A program made the translations under genes and the position numbers. A DNA stretch of 64,000 nt from positions 8,971-72,970 of the forward strand of contig JBAXNW010000011.1 of NCBI GenBank assembly GCA_037133555.1. The letters are read 5' to 3'. The notes below the pieces were generated by a model. The model made no database searches. It saw nothing but the letters and a program-made list of their open reading frames with translations, and was not told the origin of the DNA. Source of the stretch: Bacteroidota bacterium. GTDB taxonomy: Bacteria > Bacteroidota > Bacteroidia > Bacteroidales > JACABE01. Every line of letters starts with the position of its first letter. Within the stretch, counting starts at the first letter, position 1. Below are positions 59,001 to 64,000 of the stretch, in pieces.

Positions 59001-62000
59001 GTGGTGACAGTACAAAAGTTGTCTTACATTATACCCTTTCCAGTGCAGCTGCATGGGCGATGAAATTCATAGGTTCTTCTTATATTACTTTCTCAAAAAT
59101 GACCTTGTCGGTTTCGGGAAGTAATACCTGGGGTCGTATCATGGAATTAGGACCCAATGCAAATCATATTGAAATCTCAAACTGCGTGTTGGAGGGTATG
59201 CAAGGTGGTACTACGAGTAATTATACTTTAATCTATATGAGTGGTGCCGGGATAAATTACAATACGATTAAAAACAACTTAATCTTAAATGGTTACCAGG
59301 TACTCTATCTTTACGGTGTAAGTGGAAACACAAATATTAAGAATACTATCAGCAATAATAACATCAAAGATTTTACTTATTATGCAATTTATGCTGCCTA
59401 TCAGGATAGTATTTCAATCATTGGTAACAACATTCAGAATATTGCAGGTGCTTCTTATGCTTACGGTTTGTATTCTTATTATTGTAACAATTTTAGTTAC
59501 CTGAAAAATAAAATTAATATAAACGCTACCTATAATTATGGGATGTATTTATATTACAACAATAATACATATGGTAGCGGTTTAGTAGCCAACAACTTTG
59601 TTAGTCAGTCGGTTGGTACTTCAACTACTTATGGTATTTATGCCTACTATAGCAACAATGTGAATTATTATTACAACTCTATTAATATTACCGGTGCCTA
59701 TACCTCAAATTACGCATTCTATATTTATGGAGCTACAGCTGCCAATAATAATATTGTCAACAATATCTTTAGCAATACAGGAGGTGGATATGCTTATTAC
59801 GCATCGTCTACAACAGGTGTAAATATAAGCAATTACAATGATTTGTATGCAACAGGAACTAATCTAGGGTATTGGGGTGGTGCAGCAACTTCTTTAGCTG
59901 CATTTAAATCACTCAGTGGTAAAGATGCCAACTCCATTTCAGTAAATCCTGGATTCTTCTCATTAACTAATTTGCACATGGTGAACTTCATGATTGATAA
60001 AATGGGAACACCTATTGCAGGAGTTACTGATGATATTGATGGCGATGTTAGAAATGCAACATTGCCTGATATGGGAGCTGATGAGTTTAACCTGCCTGAT
60101 AACGATGCCGGTATTACTGCGATGACTTTACCTGTAAATCCAACAACAACGGGTGTTCAAGATGTAAAAGTTTTATTGAAAGACTGGGGTGTGCTTAATT
60201 TAACTACAGTTACTATCCAATGGAGTGTAAATGGAGTCATGCAATTGCCTAAACTTTGGACTGGGAATAAACTTTCAGGTGAAGTGGATACTGTTCTTTT
60301 AGGTACCTATAATTTCACAGCAGGTCAATCAGCTATGAAATTCTGGACTTCGATGCCAAACAATGTGGCAGATCAGTTAAATATCAATGATACGCTTTTA
60401 ACGAGTGTTTTGGTCTGTAACGGAGCTTTAAGTGGCAGCTATACATTAGGCGGATCTTCAGCTAATTATGCTACATTCAACGGAGCTCTTCAGGCTTTGC
60501 AGATGTGCGGAATTGCTGGTCCTGTGACGTTTAATGTGGCACCTGGATTTTACAATGAACAATTTGTAATAGGTAATTTAACAGGAGTATCAGCAAGCAA
60601 TACCGTTACTTTTAAGTCGGCCAATGGCGATAGCACAAGTGTTGTTCTTGGATTCAACTTTACGCAAACCAATAACAACTATGTCATCCAATTTGGTGCC
60701 GGTGCCCAGTATATTACCATTAAAGGTATGACCATCCGACAAACCAATACAGCAAGTGGAAGAGTCATTAACTTTACAGGTTCTCCATCTAACATTACGA
60801 TAGCCAATAACAGAATTGAGATGCCATTTAATTCAGCTGGTACTACTGCCGGCGTTGTAACTTTAAGTTCTGATTTTGGTAATGATAATAAAATTCTGAA
60901 TAATAATATTTCTACTGGTTATAATGGTATTGTAGCACAGGGTTCTGCAGCTACACCAGCATTGAGAACTTTGATAAAAGGAAATATTATAACAGGTTTC
61001 TATAATTATGGTATACAATGTACCTATTTAAATTCTCCAATTATTGATTCTAATACTGTTGTTTCAACAGTCAGTGGTTCAGGTACTCGAGTTGGAATAT
61101 ATATGAGTAGTGTAACGGATTCTATGAAAGTTAGCAAAAACACTATTGTCTTATCAAATTCAACAAATACTTATGGAATTCAGTTAGAAACGGTTACAGG
61201 AACACCAATATCTAAAGGATTGCTTGCAAATAATTTTGTAAGCATCTTAAATGGGACCACATATACTTATGCATTAAGATTATATCCAGCAATTAATTAT
61301 GTTGTAATTGCAAATAATTCTATTTATGTCAATGGGACAAGTACTACCGATACCAGAGGTATAAACGTTGTTGCAGGAAGTAATATTGAAGTATATAATA
61401 ACAATGTTGTTTCTAAATATTTCCCGACTTTATATGAAGGTAACTTAACTCCAATATTAGGATCTAATTACAACAACTTCTATTCTCTTTCAAGTACCTA
61501 TGCATACTTCAACAATGTTTCAACACTTACTTACAATTCATTGGCTGCTTTAAACGCTGTTATCCATATGGATACCAATTCAGTTTCAGTAGATCCAGAT
61601 TTTATAAGTACAACGAACCTACATGTATATACTTCTGCAGTTAACAATTTAGCTAAACCATTACCTTATGTCACTGATGACATTGATGGACATCCCAGAA
61701 ATGCTACAACACCAGATATCGGAGCCGACGAATTTTCTCCTTTGCCTGTTGATTTGGCTGTAACTGCATTTATAGAACCTTCAAATTTCTATGCTCAGGC
61801 AGGTGCTACAATTCCAATCAAAGTTAAAATCAAGAACTATGGTGCTGATAGTGTTGCTAACTTCAATGTAGTATGTAAAATTGGAAATGCTACACCTATT
61901 GTACAGCTATATACGAATTATTTCCACTCCAACCAATTGGATTCAGTTTTATTCACCAGTATCACAGTACCTTCCGGCGCTTTCGAAATTAAAGTTTACA

Positions 62001-63802
62001 CCTCAGATGCCAATGATGGGAATCATTTGAACGACACCTTAAAAATGAATTATTTTGGGGTGCCTATTAAAAACATTCCTTATGCTGAAAACTTTGACAA
62101 TACGGTTCAAGAATGGTTTTCTCCTGAATCAACCAGCCTTTGGGAACATGGTATTCCAATTGCATCGGTGATAAATACTGCGCACAGTGCTCCTAATGTA
62201 TGGGCTACCAAACTGAATGGCAACTACACCAACAGCAATATCAGTACGCTTTATTCACCTATCTTCAACATTGCCGTTTTCAGAGCTGATACCTTGAAAT
62301 TCTGGCATTGGGTAGATGCAGAAATCAACAAAGATGGTGGTCATATTGAATACCTGGATAATATGGGTAACTGGGATGTATTGGGTCATATCACACCGGC
62401 AGATACAAATGCTGCTAACTGGTACAATGGCTCAATACTGAATATGTGGACAGGATACAGTGCTGGATGGTACGAATCAAAATACAAGGTTAGCAATCTA
62501 ACAAATCTTGGTAGCACCGTACAATTCAGATTTGTATTTGCTTCGGATGCAACAAATAGCAGTTATAACGGATGGGCCATTGATGATTTTGCATTGACTT
62601 TAGCTCCTATTCCAGCTGATGCAGGCGTAATTGCAATCACTTCACCTGCTGCAACTTCTCTGGTTGGCGATTTGGTTACCGTAAGTGTTACCGTTAAAAA
62701 CTTTGGTACCGATACTTTGACTAACATTCCTGTTAAATATCAGGTGGGTAGTTTAGCTGTTGTTTCAGGCATATTGGCCGGTCCACTGGCTCCATTGGCA
62801 ACTAGCAACTATACCTTTAGCCAGCAAGTGCAGGTTGCAAATATAAATTATACTATCTGTGCTTTTACAACTGTTGTGGGTGATATTTATACACAAAACG
62901 ACATTAGTTGTAAAAATATAATTGTAAATCCTGCACCCAATGATGTAGCGGTTACCGAAATACTTCAACCCGGTGCGAATGTCAGTGGTTCTACTACTCT
63001 TATTAAAGTTGTCATCAAAAACTTTGGAACGCTTACTCAAACCTCTATTCCTGTAACTTATCAAAGAGGAGCCCTCACTCCGGTGAATGCCATTTGGACT
63101 GGTAGTTTAGCTTTCGGTGATACGGTTCAATTTACATTCCCAAGTCCTATGAATATTCCTTCAGGTGTTTCATTCAGTTTATGTGGTTTTACTAAATTGG
63201 TCAATGATGCTTATATTCATAATGATTCTTCATGTAAGTCAGTTGTGATTTGTACAGTTGCTCAGGCAGGTATTATCAGTGGACCTACAAGTGTAGGAAG
63301 TGGTGCTACAGGTGTTGCATATTCTGTACCAACTATTTTGAATGCTACCACTTATGTTTGGACCTATACTCCTTCAACTGGTGTTGTTATTCATGGAAAT
63401 GGAACATCTTCAATCACCATCGATTTTGGTGTAGGTTCACTTAATGGTGTTTTATCAGTATATGGACAGAGTTCAGTTTGTTCGGGTTCTCCTTCATCGA
63501 TAAATATTGCAACCAATGTTGGTATCAACGACATCGATGGAAGTAATTTCTGGTTAGGTCAGAACACACCCAATCCAACTACAGGGCTTACCAATATTGA
63601 ATACAACTTGCCGCTGGCTGGTGAAGTTAAATTTGATATCGTCAACCTTTACGGTCAAAAAGTCTATACTTCTGATGAAAAAGTAGAAGCAGGCACACAT
63701 AGGATTGACTTAAACGTAAATGATTTAGCTGCCGGTGTATATTATTATACCATTGAATTCAAAGGCAAACGCCTTGTGAAGAAGATGGTGGTAAATAAAT
63801 AG
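50096..63802 (+). CDS. Giant (4568 aa) T9SS-sorted multidomain surface protein: MAM-like domains, ~10 CARDB-like modules, 5 parallel-beta-helix supermodules, Por C-terminal sorting domain
   Basis: Uninterrupted 13.7-kb ORF with an ATG start and signal peptide MKKLFFLLISVLFTVYLPAQ. Repetitive N/G/T/Y-rich beta-helix rungs (e.g. NNIVNNIFSNTGGGYA). C-terminal NPTTGLTNIEYNL...GVYYYTIEF...KKMVVNK fits the T9SS CTD. A terminator hairpin lies 20 nt downstream. Confidence 0.9.
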   Translation: MKKLFFLLISVLFTVYLPAQTVVVLQENFESTSVNLTSSADSAGFSITNFQPWAASTYLYKSGVKADSNILQSGKTIYLTSPSFSTIGKTFVILEFAQICKLYYTDGGVVQVSIDGGTSWTSLLPGQYLGSGNLILNGADYKFSESAYSTWNLGDTLTKPSNNWWKNEAFNISSIAANQASVKIRFKYTSSGNPLGLGRYGWLLDDVKVTAANNEIFPPKITFVAPVHKDSVYITGPISISAWVKDSSAIGSVNLIYSVNGGSNITLPMTNVSDSLYRADLGSFPYNTVICYSIQAADIYNNVSTLPATACQQFIITKGIPTIQVGTGVSSGTTTPIYTATTAGPYYSYYATILTKSQVVSGGTIESLAFNKLDANGYSLNNGVMRIYAKTVADSIAPITWAAYSAAKASATKIYESTTQNINTSAGWQTFSCNTGLPFQYSGSDHILLFVEFYRPGAMTGTAAFQYTTVTNQASIFYGTAAVPTTTNTAGLKANVKINFESSTQAVDTKVSLFTNPLGSSTVIANTSIPVSVKIKNLGTTAITSANVGWSVDGVYQTTVPWSVTTSLLQDYISLTSINLGNYSFPLGPHTIKAWTNMPNNLVDQNPANDTLSINIYSCQNLNGIITVGDLTSDFPTFAGLFTALGNCGVNGPVTIKVKSGTYNQQLTIPYIANVSAINTITFQSESGNLTDVIFSYGAAGTADNWVLKFDGSQYIKVKNMTFKATGATYAYVALLANAASYNTIEGCRLEMNAGITSTSSAGVYNASTYNENYNTIKNNTIVNGYYGIYLYGSSTTSPKETGNVIDGNTLSGIYYYSIFSYSQDSITIKSNSTQNMSSASYAYGIYSYYNSNLIYIKNKFVCNATTYNYCMYVNYPNNTTGTGLIANNMVSQATGTSTTYGLYLYSGNNVNVYNNSVNITGVYTSGYAMYIYAGSNNNIVNNIFSNTGGGYALYGSSTTGINICNYNDWYTTGATLAYWGAARTNLAALQTASGKDVNSISINPQFTAWNNLHINNSYLFNLAAKGTSLPQVTDDFDGEPRASIPFIGADEFPFPQNDAGLVAITQPPTMLPSLTQDIKVSIQNIGQLPLTSVSIKCLVNGVLLPSATYTNTIGLAQFGVDSLVIAPAYTFPAGYSQIKVYTQSPNNVADTYNGNDTLYKSVYACTGTLSGTYTIGGTGANYPSVDAAIVSLQCGISGPVVFNINPGTYSGSYILPNATGASASNTITFKSANNDSTSVILQYNAAGTADNFVLNINNVSNYIFKGISLKAINATNANVITLAGTLSNISIQNCILEGTQATNTDDNQVLIRCNTLTQITGFNLISNRMNYGRMAINFTSTNPSTGVVMKYNNMYNQSARPMYLAKIDALDFGYNNLFSDATKTGNGGIFTNALTGAFKFYNNTLINLGGVRVWEGWTYGGTTAGSEALVYNNYLYGSPVSSYVFDGGGAVNNIKFYHNTFVGNSTSRTVNFNNFYGANVNLTFKNNIMASTGQLLYFTAQPTAPFVIDYNDYYSTGASWAYFWATTATNLATVKTASTQESHSMSINPQFAGTTDYHITNYALKGLASPVPEVLTDIDGQLRSLTAPDPGCDELMVYSNDASIASFAQGTICPGLTNVTVKLKNLGSNALTTVNVNWSINGVVQTPVAYSGSLATLADSNIFLGNYIFLSMTPYNLKFWSSSPNGTNDGNTANDTLSFNNMYTGLAGGSYLVGDSTSDFLSLTTAINFISSNGICGPVVFNIKPGTYTGRYTIPAILGSSAVNTITIKSLANDSNSVTLAATASGTTDNWIVKLSGAKYVTLKNLKFTPLNTTYANAILVNNTSKFNTIVGNYLVSTAVASGFEVSLIRIDDNNSSDNYVIGNHTVGGGSGILIRGSSTTARIDRITISKNIIEGYAQWGVRSEYANSPIIDSNVMTSNISLIEKHGVSLSYNYDTIVVSRNTIYLSNYTNLRGIDMGNCTSSASTRSLLKNNFITLSGASGSTNTYGIRLYPATTYCRVLNNSINVVGTNLTDTRGINPAGTSTNIEVINNNVVCNYYPSFYENTVVTYADYNNYYSTTSIYAYNNGTSNLTYASQALLNAATLKDTNTLSMDPQFTSFTDLHVNNISLYAMGKPLSQVINDIDNQPRAAIPCIGADEFTVLPNDAKLRAVYTLGSLPKTAGSPHNVKAIVKNVGSTVLTNVVATLNISGSNSFTNTKTIASMIIGRQDTVTFDAFIPTNFGPNTVKVSLNTDSDTTNNVLNYAQTVTDTVFGIADTSKPSAYVGFGTASGKMYTKYFVNGTKILHSISAYISKDNTIGKQLYAIVLNSNGVAVDSSAIRTITASDTNTWVQFNVLNPPSTSTANNYFYAGIAQIANASTFNPIGSQTENPARPGAYYSSAINGSGLTQRTDLGRLMINANIGDPTNKDASTINILSPISGCGLTANETVSIVIQNKGLDTIYGGQNVLMARYGKKVNGNIINIVSKQITDTIFPSATKNVSFSVPVNVYAPTADSTYHLVAWVELAADPFASNDSINFDILSKYTPSAPSSNNVSIAYGFPATLTAVSNDTINWYHQAIGGTKIAAGPSYTTPYLFASDTLWAEAITKFSGTTIIGTGITTSTSAGYTPFYTLYRDSRNQILFLASELLAAGIVPGNLTNLAINVSSIGSPAMTNFEIAIKNSTVSALSTTYETGFTPVYSNAAYTPASIGWQDFIFSSPFYWDGTSNLIVQMCYGDNASYTSSSGVYYSATTFNSHHYGYMDAGTGCTMTAPTYNYIGTYRPNIRFNYSKDGCTSPRTKVVVTVAAPPANEVAMVAFTSPTGPVPANTTTPIKVKVKNTGLLPLTSVKVNYIVNSVLQPQYPWTNTTTPLQHDSIMELTIGSFSLPGGLDTIIAWTSMPNNIADPYPLNDTTKIYFSTCMSGNYTIGVGKNFPTFTAALNAATLAGVCGNTVFLADSGLYEERLFLNPIPGAGPNARVSFTSASGDSTKVVLHYTLSSAAAWAMKFIGSSYITFSKMTLSVSGSNTWGRIMELGPNANHIEISNCVLEGMQGGTTSNYTLIYMSGAGINYNTIKNNLILNGYQVLYLYGVSGNTNIKNTISNNNIKDFTYYAIYAAYQDSISIIGNNIQNIAGASYAYGLYSYYCNNFSYLKNKININATYNYGMYLYYNNNTYGSGLVANNFVSQSVGTSTTYGIYAYYSNNVNYYYNSINITGAYTSNYAFYIYGATAANNNIVNNIFSNTGGGYAYYASSTTGVNISNYNDLYATGTNLGYWGGAATSLAAFKSLSGKDANSISVNPGFFSLTNLHMVNFMIDKMGTPIAGVTDDIDGDVRNATLPDMGADEFNLPDNDAGITAMTLPVNPTTTGVQDVKVLLKDWGVLNLTTVTIQWSVNGVMQLPKLWTGNKLSGEVDTVLLGTYNFTAGQSAMKFWTSMPNNVADQLNINDTLLTSVLVCNGALSGSYTLGGSSANYATFNGALQALQMCGIAGPVTFNVAPGFYNEQFVIGNLTGVSASNTVTFKSANGDSTSVVLGFNFTQTNNNYVIQFGAGAQYITIKGMTIRQTNTASGRVINFTGSPSNITIANNRIEMPFNSAGTTAGVVTLSSDFGNDNKILNNNISTGYNGIVAQGSAATPALRTLIKGNIITGFYNYGIQCTYLNSPIIDSNTVVSTVSGSGTRVGIYMSSVTDSMKVSKNTIVLSNSTNTYGIQLETVTGTPISKGLLANNFVSILNGTTYTYALRLYPAINYVVIANNSIYVNGTSTTDTRGINVVAGSNIEVYNNNVVSKYFPTLYEGNLTPILGSNYNNFYSLSSTYAYFNNVSTLTYNSLAALNAVIHMDTNSVSVDPDFISTTNLHVYTSAVNNLAKPLPYVTDDIDGHPRNATTPDIGADEFSPLPVDLAVTAFIEPSNFYAQAGATIPIKVKIKNYGADSVANFNVVCKIGNATPIVQLYTNYFHSNQLDSVLFTSITVPSGAFEIKVYTSDANDGNHLNDTLKMNYFGVPIKNIPYAENFDNTVQEWFSPESTSLWEHGIPIASVINTAHSAPNVWATKLNGNYTNSNISTLYSPIFNIAVFRADTLKFWHWVDAEINKDGGHIEYLDNMGNWDVLGHITPADTNAANWYNGSILNMWTGYSAGWYESKYKVSNLTNLGSTVQFRFVFASDATNSSYNGWAIDDFALTLAPIPADAGVIAITSPAATSLVGDLVTVSVTVKNFGTDTLTNIPVKYQVGSLAVVSGILAGPLAPLATSNYTFSQQVQVANINYTICAFTTVVGDIYTQNDISCKNIIVNPAPNDVAVTEILQPGANVSGSTTLIKVVIKNFGTLTQTSIPVTYQRGALTPVNAIWTGSLAFGDTVQFTFPSPMNIPSGVSFSLCGFTKLVNDAYIHNDSSCKSVVICTVAQAGIISGPTSVGSGATGVAYSVPTILNATTYVWTYTPSTGVVIHGNGTSSITIDFGVGSLNGVLSVYGQSSVCSGSPSSINIATNVGINDIDGSNFWLGQNTPNPTTGLTNIEYNLPLAGEVKFDIVNLYGQKVYTSDEKVEAGTHRIDLNVNDLAAGVYYYTIEFKGKRLVKKMVVNK
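50159..50728 (+). other. N-terminal MAM/choice-of-anchor-J-like domain of the giant protein (approximate bounds)
   Basis: LQENFES... VQVSIDGGTSWTSL ... VKIRFKYTS ... YGWLLDDVKVTA parallels the YGWAIDDVELF domain of the four paralogs. Confidence 0.6.
51950..53254 (+). repeat. Beta-helix supermodule A (aa 619-1053)
   Basis: Begins C..LNGIITVGD...FAGLFTALGNCGVNGPVTIKVKSGTY and ends ...DDFDGEPRASIPFIGADEF. Collinear with and clearly similar to module D. Confidence 0.7.
53591..54883 (+). repeat. Beta-helix supermodule B (aa 1166-1596)
   Basis: Begins CTGTLSGTYTIGGTGANYPSVDAAIVSLQCGISGPVVFNINPGTY and ends ...DIDGQLRSLTAPDPGCDEL. Confidence 0.7.
55202..56521 (+). repeat. Beta-helix supermodule C (aa 1703-2142)
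   Basis: Begins MYTGLAGGSYLVGDSTSDFLSLTTAINFISSNGICGPVVFNIKPGTY and ends ...DIDNQPRAAIPCIGADEF. Confidence 0.7.
58805..60088 (+). repeat. Beta-helix supermodule D (aa 2904-3331), a copy of A
   Basis: CMSGNYTIGVGKNFPTFTAALNAATLAGVCGNTVF ... NNIVNNIFSNTGGGYAYYASSTTGVNISNYNDLY ... DDIDGDVRNATLPDMGADEF. Long stretches align residue-for-residue with A. Confidence 0.7.
60416..61735 (+). repeat. Beta-helix supermodule E (aa 3441-3880), with a B-like head and C-like tail
   Basis: The head CNGALSGSYTLGGSSANYATFNGALQALQMCGIAGPVTFNVAPGFY...SASNTVTFKSANGDSTSVVL matches B. The tail ...YLNSPIIDSNTVVS...TDTRGINVVAGSNIEVYNNNVVSKYFPTLYE... matches C. Confidence 0.65.
62078..62606 (+). other. Second MAM-like domain of the giant protein (approximate bounds)
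   Basis: PYAENFDNTVQEWF ... WATKLNGNYTNS ... DGGHIEYLDNMGNW ... VQFRFVFASDATNSSYNGWAIDDFALTLAP. Confidence 0.6.
63540..63799 (+). other. Por/T9SS C-terminal sorting domain of the giant protein (approximate bounds)
   Basis: SNFWLGQNTPNPTTGLTNIEYNLPLAGEVKFDIVNLYGQKVY...LAAGVYYYTIEFKGKRLVKKMVVNK. Confidence 0.8.
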
Positions 63803-63821
63803 GATCATTAATTCTTTAAAA

Positions 63822-63849
63822 AAGGGCTGTTATTGATTTAGCAGCCCTT
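63822..63849 (+). terminator. Intrinsic terminator of the giant gene
   Basis: AAGGGCTG / CAGCCCTT 8-bp GC-rich stem with a 12-nt loop, followed by a T-rich tract. 20 nt past the stop. Confidence 0.7.
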
Positions 63850-64000
63850 CTTTATTTATAATCAATTGATTAAAGAATTACTTACAGCAAAAATGCAAAA
63901 TTTGATGCTATATTTAAATCTAGTGCATCATAAAAAAAACTATATTTGAAAAAAATTAAAAGGAATTTTCAATGTATTTAAATCTAGCTACCAAATCAAT

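Noticed and set aside
2328-63444. About 45 short track ORFs (60-144 aa) that lie inside or antisense to longer genes, e.g. 2328..2534, 3333..3767, 4496..4759, 6124..6465, 17687..17929, 31906..32214, 36772..36963, 38865..39149, 52353..52583, 56386..56817 and 62765..63064.
   Set aside because: Each is fully embedded in a gene with strong family-level motifs. They show low-complexity or AT-codon-biased translations (runs of I/F/N/K/L) and have no signal peptide or recognisable motif. They are consistent with chance open frames in AT-rich DNA.
50096-63802. The possibility that the 4568-aa ORF is an assembly artefact or a fusion of several genes.
   Set aside because: The frame stays open for 13.7 kb with a proper signal peptide only at the N-terminus and a T9SS CTD only at the C-terminus. 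The repeated modules are clearly diverged at DNA level, so collapse or mis-joining of identical repeats is unlikely. This cannot be fully excluded without long reads.
50096-63802. Polymorphic-toxin / RHS / filamentous-haemagglutinin-type effector interpretation of the giant protein.
   Set aside because: There are no YD/RHS repeats, no TPS domain, no C-terminal toxin module and no downstream immunity-like small gene. The C-terminus is a sorting domain followed directly by a terminator.
1-64000. Defence systems (restriction-modification, CRISPR-Cas, Abi, toxin-antitoxin, CBASS-like), prophage or transposon content.
   Set aside because: None of the 38 credible genes shows nuclease/methylase, Cas, integrase, transposase, capsid/terminase or small TA-pair features. 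I saw no tRNA-like cloverleaf candidates in the intergenic regions.

Overview
AT-rich chromosomal segment that looks like Bacteroidota: it has a SusC/SusD pair, many Por/T9SS C-terminal sorting domains, lipoprotein signal peptides and TAnnTTTG-type promoter boxes. I count 38 credible protein-coding genes. By eye I found no rRNA, tRNA, CRISPR array, transposase, integrase or phage gene. Layout: (1) 1-16.5 kb is mostly housekeeping (LtaS-like/DAG-kinase pair, SUI1, uvrA, recG, pdxH, rlmI-like, rsmG, a LysM glucosaminidase) plus an LruC-domain protein with a small lipoprotein. (2) 16.6-25.7 kb holds a SusC/SusD locus with two small lipoproteins but no enzyme, and a divergent TonB-dependent receptor. 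(3) 25.8-33.4 kb is a TetR-TolC-HlyD-(DUF2147)-ABC-ABC-ABC2-ABC2 efflux operon resembling E. coli cecR-ybhGFSR. (4) 33.4-41.6 kb is a tandem array of four paralogous ~2.1-kb units, each with its own promoter box, a 608-641-aa secreted T9SS-tailed protein and its own terminator hairpin. (5) 41.9-49.4 kb has an orphan fused Opp/Dpp-type ABC ATPase, a C69 dipeptidase, an Rh-type ammonium channel and cysDN. (6) 50.1-63.8 kb is a single 13.7-kb gene for a 4568-aa T9SS-tailed protein built from five beta-helix supermodules, about ten CARDB-like modules and two MAM-like domains. The most novel-looking content is this T9SS cargo family: four mosaic paralogs plus the giant protein, which share domain types including an unassigned ~170-aa domain. 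I see no evidence for a defence, toxin or mobile system. Short 7- and 9-nt tandem-repeat tracts sit in several intergenic spacers, two of them in inverted orientation around the DUF2147 gene. All domain calls are by-eye motif recognition, not database searches. The ORF track uses TTG as a start in places (28, 953, 9978 minus, 43652 minus), which I checked in the sequence.
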